A model generated the notes under the pieces. That model was not told the origin of the DNA. It saw only the letters and a list, made by a program, of their open reading frames with translations, and did not search any database. Shown piece after piece: positions 38,228 to 50,394 of a DNA stretch of 64,000 nt. Each line of letters starts with the position of its first letter. The stretch's first letter is position 1. Source of the stretch: an uncultured delta proteobacterium (GTDB taxonomy: Bacteria; Myxococcota_A; Polyangia; Fen-1088); contig CAWCMR010000008.1 in assembly GCA_963796685.1 (NCBI GenBank), positions 480,001 to 544,000 of the forward strand, read 5' to 3'. The position numbers and the translations under genes are program-made.

Positions 38228-39244
38228 ATGGTCCATGGCTTGCAAGCTGAATCGACTGCCCTCATGACAAAACGTTTGCCTTTCGTGCTTGCCTGCATCG
38301 CCTTCGCCGCCGCAACCGCGCTGCCTCGACCCTCGCCGGCTGCCCCGCGCACCGTCGCGGTGTTTCAGGTTTCCGGCGACAATGTCGCCCCCGAGATCCT
38401 GCAGGCCACGCGCGAGCTGCTCATCGATCACATGCAACGCACCGGCCTTTACAACGTGGTCCAACCACCGTCCGCATCCCAGGGCGCGGCCGAGCCGACA
38501 GCGACCCAGGCGGCGCAACAGGCGGCGGCGCTCGGCGCCGAGCAGGCCATCGTCCTGCGCGTCACGCACTTCGGAAATTCCGCGCGCATCCGCCTCAATG
38601 CCTATGCTGTGCCATCGGGGCAAATCGTCTATTGGGACAGCATCGCGATCTCGGGCGGCCCCGACGAGCTCGACACCGTCGTGCAAAGGTTGGTTCACGC
38701 GATGGTGACGGGCAAGCCGGTTCGTGAAAGCGCGGAGATCGACACCGTCACAGACAAAGAGGGCCAGAGGCTCAACCGTCGCAATGCCAACAAATCCTTC
38801 GGTCTCCACCTGTTCACGCTCTTGCCGCTGGCCACGGCGAACGACTCGTTCAGCGCGATTCCGGGGGGCGGAATCTTCTGGCTCTACGACGCACGATCGT
38901 GGATGGCCGACATCTCCTTCGACCTCGGAGGTCGCGAGGGCCACGTCTTCTACGACGCCGCCATCGGTGGCTACTACCCGTTCTCGCGCGAAGACTTCAC
39001 CCCGTACGTCGGCGGGCTCGTTCGCCTGGCGTACATGGAGCTCGGGGGTCAAGGCGCGGGCGGCATGACCCTGCAACCGACCGCAGGCGTTCTCCTCGGC
39101 CGGTTGTCGACGGTCCAGCTTCGCGCCGAGGTAGGGTACTTCTTCAACACCTTTGGCGAGCGCGGCAAGGTGACGTCCGACGATCCGACGCCGGGACAAC
39201 ATTTCGGCCACGGATTCTCCCTGAGCATCGGGCTTGGGTTCTGA
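38228..39244 (+). CDS. exported protein: alpha/beta N-domain plus putative C-terminal beta-barrel
   Basis: GGAGG SD, signal-like segment, beta-strand-rich C-terminus ending SIGLGF. Confidence 0.75.
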   Translation: MVHGLQAESTALMTKRLPFVLACIAFAAATALPRPSPAAPRTVAVFQVSGDNVAPEILQATRELLIDHMQRTGLYNVVQPPSASQGAAEPTATQAAQQAAALGAEQAIVLRVTHFGNSARIRLNAYAVPSGQIVYWDSIAISGGPDELDTVVQRLVHAMVTGKPVRESAEIDTVTDKEGQRLNRRNANKSFGLHLFTLLPLATANDSFSAIPGGGIFWLYDARSWMADISFDLGGREGHVFYDAAIGGYYPFSREDFTPYVGGLVRLAYMELGGQGAGGMTLQPTAGVLLGRLSTVQLRAEVGYFFNTFGERGKVTSDDPTPGQHFGHGFSLSIGLGF

Positions 39245-39423
39245 CATCGCGGGAACCCAATCCCGCGATAGCCGCATAAGATCCCCGGTTGTAATGCCGT
39301 CGGCCACGGCCATGGCCATGGCTAGGGCAAGCCGTGTACGTCCACGTCACCCCGCCATTCCGATTCTGGAGCAGGTCTGAGCCGGTTTGGGTTGCTCGTG
39401 GGCTCTTACAATTGAGGTGTTCC

Positions 39424-41310
39424 ATGAAGCGCGCTTGGATTCGGCTTTTCGGGGCTGCGTTGCTTGTAATTTCGAGTCATGCATCTTTGGCGCTGGCCGC
39501 CGACGTAACTTGCTACGTCGACAGCGTGGCGGGTGACGACGCCAACGACGGTCTGTCGGAGACGACAGCGAGGGCAAGCTGGTCGAAGATTCCATCCGCC
39601 TGCACCATCGTCAAATACAAGCGCGGCAGCGTCTTCAACCTGGGGGCCGGGGACACGGTCTATCCTCCCAAGGTGGCGACGGACGGTGGTACCTCGTACG
39701 CAACGAGCAAGATCACCACCCTCACCAACTACGGCGATGCGAGCTTGCCGCTGCCCAAGTTCATCAAACAACGTCAATTCGGCAGCGGAGGAATGATCAG
39801 CGCCTACCAGGGCAACCTGACCATCGACGGGCTCTACTTCGATGGAACCGAGAGCTCCGTGGCCATGAAGACCATCTCGCAGGGTATCGTCATCATGGGC
39901 GGGAACAACATGAAGATCCTGAACAACGAGATCACGAATTCCGATATCGGCATCATGCTTTCGGGAACCGGCTCTCTGGTTCAGGGCAACTATGTGCACG
40001 ATCTGCACGTGGTGATCGATGCGCCCCCCGGGGTCGATCCGAATTTGGTGGGTGGCGCCGAAGGTATTTTCGTGAATGCCTCGGACAACGAGGTGGCATA
40101 CAACACCTTCATCGACTGCAGCGACTACGCGGAGTGGACCGGCGGGGATTGCGACGGCGGCGCCACCGAGGTCACCGTGCCTGGGGGTGTTGGAGGCACC
40201 GTGAGCGGACTCAAGATCCACCATAACTTCGGCTACAACAACTGCGGCTTCTTCGAGGTCTCGAGCATGGGCAATCTGGTTGGGGTCGGAGGCGGGATCG
40301 CCGACGCGGGCGGGGTCAAGGGCCTGTTTGCCGACTCCACGTTCTACAACAACGTCAGCATCGACAGCGGCTGGATCTCGCTTCTCCAGGTCAGCAACAC
40401 GGATCTGAAGGATATCAAGTGGGAGAACAACACCTTCGTCCAGCACAAGGGATCCGTCAACGCGGGCATCATGGCGATCGTGTACACGGCCTGCTCGTCG
40501 GGCATGTGCGGCGGTGCGCTGCAGCCGAACACCGTGTTCTGGACCAACAACCTCTGGGTATTCGACGGGGTCAACCAGGTGGCGCCGGACAAGAACTTCG
40601 TGCAGACCACGAATGTCATCACCAAGACGGATCCTGGCTTCGTCAATCTCCAGGGCATGACCGCCGCCGACTACGACTTGACCGCCAGCGCGACCACGGT
40701 CATCGACCAGGGGACCAAGCTCGACGACATCACACTCGATTTCCTCAATCGGCCGGTTCCGGATCCGACGAGCGGAAAGCCCGACATCGGGGCATTCGAG
40801 TACAACTCGGGCCCGGCCACCACGCCGCCACCCGTGTACACGAACGGGCCCATCAAACCAAGCCATGGCAATCTCATTGGACAGGGCGGACAATCGGGCA
40901 GCGGAGGTGCAGGCGGCGCCGCCACGAACCCGGCAGGAACGGGGGGCGCGACGACGGTGCCCGTGGGTAGCGGAGGGAATACGACGGTGCCGAAGGGAAC
41001 GGGCGGCTCGACGTCCGTACCGAGCGGCACGGGTGGAGCCACGCCAGGCTCGGGGGGCCGAACCGGGAGCAGCGGCGCGGGTGGCTCTGGTGGCACCACG
41101 ACGGCTCCACCGCCGGCAGGTTCGGGCGGCAGCAGCGTGACGTCGAACGGCGGTTCCGACGGGGGCGGCGCACAGGGCGCGGGCGGACAAGCAGCCGGCA
41201 AGAGCGGATGCAGTTGTCGCCTGGATCGACAGGAGCGCGGTTCCGGCCTATGGGCTGGCCTGCTCGGCTTCGCCTTGATTGCCTTGCGACGTCGCGGCCG
41301 CCGGCGTTAG
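39424..41310 (+). CDS. surface protein with right-handed beta-helix (pectin-lyase-like) domain and MYXO-CTERM anchor
   Basis: YVDS..GDD.NDG, Asn-ladder repeats, PDIGAFEY, Gly linker, GCSC + TM + RRRGRRR. Confidence 0.88.
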   Translation: MKRAWIRLFGAALLVISSHASLALAADVTCYVDSVAGDDANDGLSETTARASWSKIPSACTIVKYKRGSVFNLGAGDTVYPPKVATDGGTSYATSKITTLTNYGDASLPLPKFIKQRQFGSGGMISAYQGNLTIDGLYFDGTESSVAMKTISQGIVIMGGNNMKILNNEITNSDIGIMLSGTGSLVQGNYVHDLHVVIDAPPGVDPNLVGGAEGIFVNASDNEVAYNTFIDCSDYAEWTGGDCDGGATEVTVPGGVGGTVSGLKIHHNFGYNNCGFFEVSSMGNLVGVGGGIADAGGVKGLFADSTFYNNVSIDSGWISLLQVSNTDLKDIKWENNTFVQHKGSVNAGIMAIVYTACSSGMCGGALQPNTVFWTNNLWVFDGVNQVAPDKNFVQTTNVITKTDPGFVNLQGMTAADYDLTASATTVIDQGTKLDDITLDFLNRPVPDPTSGKPDIGAFEYNSGPATTPPPVYTNGPIKPSHGNLIGQGGQSGSGGAGGAATNPAGTGGATTVPVGSGGNTTVPKGTGGSTSVPSGTGGATPGSGGRTGSSGAGGSGGTTTAPPPAGSGGSSVTSNGGSDGGGAQGAGGQAAGKSGCSCRLDRQERGSGLWAGLLGFALIALRRRGRRR

Positions 41311-41341
41311 TCCACAGGCTCGCCCAGCACCTGGCGATCGG

Positions 41342-42619
41342 ATGCGCCAACGACTATCCTTTGCTCGTTTGAAACCCACCCCACCCCGGTCCACCGAGCG
41401 GCCGCCGGATCCGTCCCACGGCCCCGGTGACGAGTCGCGGCCGCTTGGTGCGTATGTGCACTTCCCCTTCTGCGGCTCGCGCTGCCCCTACTGCGACTTC
41501 GCCGTGGCGGTCCGGCCTCGGATCCCGCACGACGAATACGCCGACGCCGTGCTGGCCGAGCTGCGGGTGCGCACGCCGTGGTGGCGAGGAAGCTCGAAGG
41601 AACCTTCGCGATTGGTCTCGATCTACTTCGGCGGGGGCACGCCGGGACTGTGGCGGGCGGACGCCCTCGGCCGCGTGCTCGCGGACGTGCGACAGGCATT
41701 TCTGGGCGGTGCCGATCTGGAGATCACCGTCGAGGCCAACCCCGGAGAGCTCGACGCCGAGAATCTGCACGAGCTACGCGCCCAGGGCGCGAATCGCCTG
41801 TCCTTCGGCGCACAGGCGTTTCAAGACCGCTTGCTCGAGCGCATCGGGCGCAGGCATGAAGCCGCGGCGATCCCGCGGGGATTCGAAACGGCGCGCGCGG
41901 CGGGCTTCGACAATCTGTGCGCGGATCTGATGTTCGGATTGCCCGACCAGACCATGGACGACTGGCGCTCGTCCCTGACCGCTCTGTGCGAGCTCGGCCC
42001 CGAGCACATCACCGCCTACGCGCTGACGGTCGAGTCAGGCACGCGCTTCGGCGCGCTGGAACGCTCGGGCAAGCTTGCCCGGCCCGGCGATGACCTGGTC
42101 GCAGCCATGTACTCCCTCTGCCACGACATGCTGACCGCGGCCGGCTACGAGCACTACGAGATCTCCTCCTACGCACGCCCCGGCCGTCGCAGCGTGCACA
42201 ACAGTCTGTACTGGACCATGGGCGCCTATGTCGGCCTCGGGGTCTCGGCCGCCTCCTTCCGGCCGCTCACGACCGGCGCGGGCTGGCGATTCTCCAATCC
42301 ACGCTCGGTCGGCACGTATCTGCGCGACGCCAACGCCAACGCCGGTGCCGTGCCGCCCGAACAGGTCGAGCTGCGCTCGTTGGCTCAACTCGAGGATGAA
42401 GCCCTGTGGCTCGGTCTGCGCATGTCGGATGGCGTGGATCGACGCGCGCACGAGCAGCGCTACGTCCATGACCCACTCGCCTTGCCCGAGCGCAGCGCCG
42501 CGGCGGAATCCTGCGCTGCCGCGGGTTGGCTGGAGGTCACGCCGGAGCGGCTATGTCTCACGACCGCGGGTTTCCTCTTCGCCGACGAAGTGGCGGTCCG
42601 CCTGGGGCGCCGAACCTGA
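41342..42619 (+). CDS. hemW: radical SAM heme chaperone HemW
   Basis: YVHFPFCGSRCPYCDF, YFGGGTP, EANP, YEISSYA, HNSLYW; upstream of hrcA. Start uncertain. Confidence 0.92.
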   Translation: MRQRLSFARLKPTPPRSTERPPDPSHGPGDESRPLGAYVHFPFCGSRCPYCDFAVAVRPRIPHDEYADAVLAELRVRTPWWRGSSKEPSRLVSIYFGGGTPGLWRADALGRVLADVRQAFLGGADLEITVEANPGELDAENLHELRAQGANRLSFGAQAFQDRLLERIGRRHEAAAIPRGFETARAAGFDNLCADLMFGLPDQTMDDWRSSLTALCELGPEHITAYALTVESGTRFGALERSGKLARPGDDLVAAMYSLCHDMLTAAGYEHYEISSYARPGRRSVHNSLYWTMGAYVGLGVSAASFRPLTTGAGWRFSNPRSVGTYLRDANANAGAVPPEQVELRSLAQLEDEALWLGLRMSDGVDRRAHEQRYVHDPLALPERSAAAESCAAAGWLEVTPERLCLTTAGFLFADEVAVRLGRRT

Positions 42620-42665
42620 TCCATCGGCCTTGGCGACTGCGCGTTTTTGGGGTTAGATCAAGGTC

Positions 42666-43745
42666 GTGAACGACATCGGCATTCGCGCGAAGAAGGTCCT
42701 GCATGCCGTCGTGTCCGAATATCTGGCCACGGGCGAGGCGGTCGGGTCGCAGACCGTGGCGCGTCGCTACGCCCTGGAGATCTCGCCGGCGACGGTTCGC
42801 ACGGTGATGGGAGATCTGGAAAACGAGGGCCTTTTGCGCCATCCGCACACCTCGGCGGGGCGAATTCCGACCGACCGCGGCCTGCGCATCTACGTCGACA
42901 CCCTGCTTCGCGTGCGCAGCCTGTCGGCCTCGGAAAAGGACGACATCCGAGGCCGCCTGGGCCCGACCGCCGAGCTGCAGGAAGTCATGCAGCGCGTGGC
43001 GCGCCTCCTGCGCGAGCTGTCTCACCTGGCCGTGATCGTGCAGGCCCCGCGTCCCGAATCGGATGCCGTGTCGCACGTGGAATTCGTTCGCCTGCGCGAG
43101 GGCCAACTGCTCGCCGTGATCGCGACGGCCAGCGGGCAGATCCAGAACAAGCTCATCCCCATCGACTTTCCCCTGTCACCCGGCGATCTCGATCGCATCA
43201 ACAACTATCTCAACAGCCTGGTGGCCGGCCTCACGCTCGATCAAATGCGCCAGCGCGTGCTGGTGGAGATCGACCGGGAGCGCGAGCGCTCGGCCAGCGA
43301 TCCGGTACTGGCGCACGCCCTCGGGCTGGCGGCGGCGGTGATGCCCATCGCCGCCGCTGCGGGCGAAATCCTGCTCGATGGCCAGTCGAATCTGGTCGCG
43401 GAAGCCGTGGATCTCGACCGTGCACGCTGCGTGCTGCGCACCCTGGAGGAAAAGGATCAGATCGTGAAGCTGCTCGATCGGACCCTGGCCGCACCGGGCA
43501 TTTGCGTGTTCATCGGCAGCGAAGCCAACCTGGCCGACCTGAGCGACATGTCGGTCGTGGCGGCCAGCTACGGCAACGACGAGCGCCCCCTTGGTACCAT
43601 CGGCGTGATCGGCCCCTCGCGAATGAACTATTCTCGGGTCATCCCTCTGGTAGACTTCACCGCCGATGTGATTACAGAGATCCTTCCGAGGATCTCAGGC
43701 ACCCCCACCACCGCCGACCCTCGGTTCGGAGCGTTCTATTCATGA
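42666..43745 (+). CDS. hrcA: heat-inducible transcription repressor HrcA
   Basis: EAVGS, SPATVR..M.DLE, PHTSAGRIPT, GVIGP.RMNY. Confidence 0.97.
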   Translation: MNDIGIRAKKVLHAVVSEYLATGEAVGSQTVARRYALEISPATVRTVMGDLENEGLLRHPHTSAGRIPTDRGLRIYVDTLLRVRSLSASEKDDIRGRLGPTAELQEVMQRVARLLRELSHLAVIVQAPRPESDAVSHVEFVRLREGQLLAVIATASGQIQNKLIPIDFPLSPGDLDRINNYLNSLVAGLTLDQMRQRVLVEIDRERERSASDPVLAHALGLAAAVMPIAAAAGEILLDGQSNLVAEAVDLDRARCVLRTLEEKDQIVKLLDRTLAAPGICVFIGSEANLADLSDMSVVAASYGNDERPLGTIGVIGPSRMNYSRVIPLVDFTADVITEILPRISGTPTTADPRFGAFYS

Positions 43746-44425
43746 GTGAAGAAAATCGAGAAAAACCCGTCGAGATTGATTTGACCACCTCGGACGAAGC
43801 TTCGAACGAAGCGTCGAACGAAGCTTCGAGTGATGCCGCGCCCACGAGAGAGCCGGCCTCGCCCCCTCCGGCCCCACCCACCAGCGAGGAGCGCATTGCT
43901 TTGCTCGAGTCGGAAAAGGCCGAGATCAAGGACCGGATGCTTCGCATCGCCGCCGATTTCGACAACTGGAAGAAGCGGTCGCGCAAGGATCTGGCCGACG
44001 GGGAGATACGCGCCAAGGAATCCGTCCTGCGCGACTTCCTGGAAATCGCCGACAACCTCGAACGCGCCACCACCTCTTGGCAAGAAGGAAAGGCGGGCAA
44101 GGACAGCGACGCTAAATCCGTTCGCGATGGGGTCGAGTTGGTCCTGCGCCAATTCCGTTCGAAGCTCGAACGCTACCAGGTGAAACCCATCGAAGCCCTC
44201 GGGCAGCCCTTCGATCCACGCTACCACGAGGCCATCTCGCAGGCGCCCAGCGCGGACGCCAAACCGGGCTCGGTCCTGCACGAGCTGCAAAAGGGCTACT
44301 TCATCGGCGACAAGCTGCTTCGTCCGGCCATGGTCGTCGTGGCCTCGGCCGCACCCGCGGCCAAGCCGGCGGAGGACGACGCTTCTCACAAGCCCGCCTC
44401 GTCCGACTCCGAAGGAGAAGACTGA
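43742..44425 (+). CDS. grpE: nucleotide exchange factor GrpE
   Basis: LR.AADFDN.KKR, DNLERA, FDP.YHEA, QKGY...LLRPAMVVV. Confidence 0.96.
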   Translation: MSEENREKPVEIDLTTSDEASNEASNEASSDAAPTREPASPPPAPPTSEERIALLESEKAEIKDRMLRIAADFDNWKKRSRKDLADGEIRAKESVLRDFLEIADNLERATTSWQEGKAGKDSDAKSVRDGVELVLRQFRSKLERYQVKPIEALGQPFDPRYHEAISQAPSADAKPGSVLHELQKGYFIGDKLLRPAMVVVASAAPAAKPAEDDASHKPASSDSEGED

Positions 44426-44429
44426 ACCC

Positions 44430-46280
<1,851 letters not shown>

Positions 46281-46288
46281 TCTGCCGC

Positions 46289-47392
46289 ATGCGAGGCGCG
46301 CCAATACGCGATCCCTACGAGGTCCTGAGCGTCGAGCGCCAGGCCACGGCGTCCGAGATCAAGGCCGCGTATCGAAGGCTCGCCTTGCAATACCACCCCG
46401 ACCGCAACCCCGGCGATAAAGCGGCCGAGGAGCACTTCAAGGAAGTCTCGCTGGCCTATGCAGTGCTGGGGGACGAGGCCAAGCGCGCCCACTACAATCG
46501 GTTCGGCGGCATCGCCAGCGACCTCCCCTTCGGCGCCGAGGCGGACATCGCCAAGGTCACCGACTTCTTCGACGCCATCTTCGGCGATTTGTTCGGGACC
46601 GGGCGCAAGCGCACGGCTGGTCACGACCTGCGCTACACCTTGGAGCTGACCTTCGAAGAGGCGGTGCTGGGGTGCGAGAAGGAGATCCGCTTCACCCGCA
46701 CCAGCGACTGCCCGGACTGCCGGGGCACGGGTGCCGAGGGCGGAGCCGCCGGACTTGTCGCTTGCTCGCTTTGCGAGGGCCAGGGATTCGTGCGCCAGAA
46801 GGCGGGCTTCCTTTCCACGCGCCGGGACTGCCAAGCTTGCGGCGGTTCGGGTGAGGTGGCGCGCGTGCGCTGCAAGGTGTGCGCGGGCGCCGGGCTGACG
46901 GAAGCGGAGCGGGTGTTCACGGTACGTATCCCGCCAGGCTCCCATGCCGGCAACACCCAACGCGTGGCCGGCGAGGGCTCGCCCGGCCGGCGTGGAGGAC
47001 CCGCGGGCGATCTGCACGTCATCGTGCGCGTGAAACCCGACCCCCTCTTTCGCGTCGAAGACGACACCCTGGTGTGCGAGGTTCCCCTCTCCGTCGACGA
47101 GGCGGCCCTGGGCACCGAGATCGAAATCCCGCTGCCAGGCGCCCGGGTGCGCATGAAGATCCCCGCCGGCACACAGGCAGGCGGTGTCTTCCGCATCCGC
47201 GGCAAGGGACTGCCGCGTGCCACGGGTGGCGCGCGGGGGGATGCCCATGTGCGCGTCAGTCTGGAAGTCCCCGCGCAAGTGTCCGAAGAGGCGCGCGAGC
47301 TGCTGAAAAAGCTGGACCACGCGCTCGACGATGCCGCCTACCCGCGACGCACGGCCTTTCGTGCCCGTGCGCATGGGCCTCGCGAAGAGTAA
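46289..47392 (+). CDS. dnaJ: molecular chaperone DnaJ
   Basis: J-domain HPD and four CxxCxGxG repeats. Confidence 0.95.
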   Translation: MRGAPIRDPYEVLSVERQATASEIKAAYRRLALQYHPDRNPGDKAAEEHFKEVSLAYAVLGDEAKRAHYNRFGGIASDLPFGAEADIAKVTDFFDAIFGDLFGTGRKRTAGHDLRYTLELTFEEAVLGCEKEIRFTRTSDCPDCRGTGAEGGAAGLVACSLCEGQGFVRQKAGFLSTRRDCQACGGSGEVARVRCKVCAGAGLTEAERVFTVRIPPGSHAGNTQRVAGEGSPGRRGGPAGDLHVIVRVKPDPLFRVEDDTLVCEVPLSVDEAALGTEIEIPLPGARVRMKIPAGTQAGGVFRIRGKGLPRATGGARGDAHVRVSLEVPAQVSEEARELLKKLDHALDDAAYPRRTAFRARAHGPREE

Positions 47393-47401
47393 AACAGGAC
47401 C

Positions 47402-48370
47402 ATGCCAATCCTGAATGTCGCGCTCTTTCTGACCACCCTGCTCACCACCACGATTCAGGGCGCGGTCATGCAGCACGGCACGTCCAGCATCTTTCCACTC
47501 AGCGACGGGCTCAGCTTTTCCATTCCCCTCATGGCCATCCTGCTGTGCCACGAGATGGGGCACTACATCGCGGCCCGCATTCACCACGTCCCTGCCTCGC
47601 TGCCCTACTTCGTGCCGCTGCCGCCGTTCATCGGCCTTTTCGGCACCATGGGCGCCGTCATCCTGCAATCGCGCACCACCGATCGCCGCAAGCTCATCGA
47701 CATCGGCGCCGCCGGACCCTTGGCCGGTCTCATCGTCGCCATCCCGGTGCTCGCCTATGGCCTGCACCTTTCCCAGGTCGGCCCCGTCGGGGGGGGGATC
47801 CAGGAAGGCAATTCGCTGCTCTACGCCGTGCTCAAGCGTTTGGTGTGCGGCGCCTGGCTGCCCGACCGTGGCGTCGACGTCAACCTCCATCCCATCGCCT
47901 TCGCGGGGTGGGCCGGACTGTTCGTGACGATGCTCAACCTGATTCCCATCAGCCAGCTCGACGGTGGCCACGTCGCCATCGCGTTCTTCGGCAACAGCTA
48001 CGGTCGCGCCAGCCAGTTTCTGCGCAAGATGCTCTTGCCCCTCGCGGCGGGCGTGACCCTGGCAGTGTATTACACCACGACCCGAGAGCTGGTGCGCGCC
48101 GGGTTGGAAGGCAGGATCTCGCCCTGGACCGTCGCCATCCCCGCGGGTTTGCAGTGGCTCATCTGGTACGTAATGCTGGGACTGCTCCGTCGCCTCTCCG
48201 GCGGGATCGATCACCCACCCGTGGACGACCGGCCACTGCCGCGCAGCCGCGCCCGCCTCTTCTGGACCGTGGTGGCAAGCTTCGTGCTGATCTTCATGCC
48301 CGTCCCCATCCGCACCAACATCGGCGCCGTGGCCAGTCCGCAAGTCGAGGCCACGACGGTGGCGCGGTAG
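47402..48370 (+). CDS. site-2 protease family (M50) intramembrane metalloprotease
   Basis: HEMGH, AGP and NLIPISQLDGGH. Confidence 0.93.
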   Translation: MPILNVALFLTTLLTTTIQGAVMQHGTSSIFPLSDGLSFSIPLMAILLCHEMGHYIAARIHHVPASLPYFVPLPPFIGLFGTMGAVILQSRTTDRRKLIDIGAAGPLAGLIVAIPVLAYGLHLSQVGPVGGGIQEGNSLLYAVLKRLVCGAWLPDRGVDVNLHPIAFAGWAGLFVTMLNLIPISQLDGGHVAIAFFGNSYGRASQFLRKMLLPLAAGVTLAVYYTTTRELVRAGLEGRISPWTVAIPAGLQWLIWYVMLGLLRRLSGGIDHPPVDDRPLPRSRARLFWTVVASFVLIFMPVPIRTNIGAVASPQVEATTVAR

Positions 48371-48399
48371 AAGCGGACCAAGTCCCTCGGCACGGGACT

Positions 48400-48475
48400 C
48401 GTGACCTGCTCCCAGGGGATGGTCTTCGCCCTTCCCGCGTTCAGCTCTTTCACCCTGCGGTCGAGCTCGGCGGCC
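48400..48475 (-). pseudogene. fragment of an addiction-module antidote protein
   Basis: AAELDRRVKELNAGRAKTIPWEQV resembles the C-terminus of TIGR02574-type proteins; no start. Confidence 0.55.
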
Positions 48476-48484
48476 CTTGTCGCC

Positions 48485-48880
48485 CCCCAAGGGAGTGCGG
48501 CCCTTCTCCTGGTTGGCGGCGTAGGCGGCAGCGTCAATCTCGCGGACGACGCGATGGTAGTGGGCCTGCTGCTGGTCAGCCGTCATGTCGAGGACGCAGG
48601 GCAAGGGCGTCAGCTTGACGTCGAAGGTGGTCGTGAAATCGCCAGGCTTGATGTCTTTGCCCGCGGCGCGGGCACGGTACTCGCCAGAGCGGTCGTGCCA
48701 GGTGCCGCGAAGGAGGTCGCCATGGGTGAGGGCGGCAATGCAGTTGGCGACCGGGCCAGTCGCCTGCGGCCGCGACCAGCCCCTCTTTTGCCCCGTGGGA
48801 AAAGTGCCCAAACCTTTGGTCGCAAGGGGACAGAGATGCAACTGCTAACTTCCCCTCTCCCTTTGGCTCCCTTTGGGAGA
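48485..48880 (-). mobile_element. degenerate REP-associated tyrosine transposase (RAYT/Y1) fragment with REP-like end
   Basis: HGAKEGLVAAAGDWPG, then frameshift, then NCIAALTHG...GTWHDR...LTPLPC...REID...PLG. AAGGGGACAG...TCCCCT IR at 48824-48856. Confidence 0.6.
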
Positions 48881-48971
48881 TGCCTGGCGGGCATCCCCGT
48901 GACGGAAGTCGTCCCCCGCTGCCACTGCCGGTCCAACCGGTTTTCTCAGTACTCGCGCCTGGAGGGATCGA

Positions 48972-50324
48972 ATGTCCACGTGTCGAATTTTGGTAACCAT
49001 GCTCGCAATTACCGCCGCTGCCTGTTCATCGAGCACCGAGGGAGGATCGGGGGGAAGTGGCTCAGGAGGAAAAACGGGCCAGGGCGGCGCGTCTGGCGGA
49101 ACCCCCGGCTCCGGCGGCCAATCGAGCACGGGTGGCTCTTCCGCGTCTGGCGGAAAACCTGGCACGGGCGGAAGCGGCTCGGGTGGCTCTTCCGCGTCCG
49201 GCGGAAAACCTGGCACGGGCGGAAGCGGCTCGGGCGGCCAGCCGTCGACCGGTGGCGCTCCCGGTTCGGGCGGATCGTCTGGGACCGGTGGAACGTCGAA
49301 GGCCCAATCGGGCGGCACGAGCGGCCAATCCTTGGGTGGAAGTGTCGGGAGCGGCGGCGCCGCGGCTGGCGGTAGCAGTGGAACCGGGGGCAGCGGGGTC
49401 GATGCTGGCGACAATCCCGGCGGCGCTGCGCAGCCGAGCGCAGGATGCGGTAAGACCGACGGCCTGAAGACCCTTACGACCGGCGGCTCGTCGGTTTCGG
49501 GCGCTCCCAGCACGTCGACCAGACTCAAGGGGGTTACGAGCGGCGGCAAGAGTCGCCTCGCCATCCTCGACGTACCGGCGGATTACGATCCATCGAAACC
49601 CTATCGCCTGATCTTCTCCTGGCGCCAGATGGGTGGTTCAGACACCGGCAACGCGACGGGCCTACACCCCGCTGGTGACGGACCCAACTTCGATGCCGAA
49701 CACTATGCGTATTTCGGGCTCCGTCGCGAAGCGCTCAATGCGAAGCAACCCGCCATCTTCATAGCGCCCGACACGGACCCCGCCGGTTCGCTATGGGATT
49801 ACAACAAGGACAGCGTTTACTTCGACGACCTGCTCAAGCTGCTCACCGACAACCTGTGCATCGACGAGAGTCGGGTCTTCACCACCGGCTTCAGCTACGG
49901 AGCGATGATGAGCTACGGTCTGTCGAACGGGCGTGCCTCGAAGCTGCGCGCGGCTGTCACGATGGCACCGAGCCAATTCGGCCCGAGCACCGCGAGTGGT
50001 CCCATCGCCTATATGAGCACGACCGGCATGAGCGATGGCACGTGTTCGTGGGGCAACGACACGAGCGGCGGGAAGGGATGCGTCATGACACACGCCAAGG
50101 CCAATGGCTGTACGATTCCCTCGACGTTCCCGACGGCGGCGGTGGGCAGCAAGAAGTACGTCTGCTACGACTTCGAAGGGTGCAAGGCGGGCTATCCTGT
50201 CAAGGTGTGCACGTTCGATGGCCCGCATACGCCGTCGAGCGTGGATGACGGGACCCAGGTCGGGGAAGATGGCGCGAAGGCCTTCATTCCCCCGATCGCC
50301 TGGAAGTTCATCTCGCAGTTCTAA
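48972..50324 (+). CDS. lipoprotein esterase (PHB depolymerase / feruloyl esterase-like alpha/beta hydrolase) with Gly-rich linker
   Basis: AAAC lipobox, 51-bp duplication at 49130-49231, P.DYDP..PY.L.F, CIDESRVF.TGFSYGA, FDGPH, W.F..QF. Confidence 0.88.
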   Translation: MSTCRILVTMLAITAAACSSSTEGGSGGSGSGGKTGQGGASGGTPGSGGQSSTGGSSASGGKPGTGGSGSGGSSASGGKPGTGGSGSGGQPSTGGAPGSGGSSGTGGTSKAQSGGTSGQSLGGSVGSGGAAAGGSSGTGGSGVDAGDNPGGAAQPSAGCGKTDGLKTLTTGGSSVSGAPSTSTRLKGVTSGGKSRLAILDVPADYDPSKPYRLIFSWRQMGGSDTGNATGLHPAGDGPNFDAEHYAYFGLRREALNAKQPAIFIAPDTDPAGSLWDYNKDSVYFDDLLKLLTDNLCIDESRVFTTGFSYGAMMSYGLSNGRASKLRAAVTMAPSQFGPSTASGPIAYMSTTGMSDGTCSWGNDTSGGKGCVMTHAKANGCTIPSTFPTAAVGSKKYVCYDFEGCKAGYPVKVCTFDGPHTPSSVDDGTQVGEDGAKAFIPPIAWKFISQF

Positions 50325-50394
50325 CTTCGCCCCTTCTATCGAGTGGGCTTGGTGCCCTGGTCATCTACCCGATAGGGCTCGGAAATCCGCGCCC

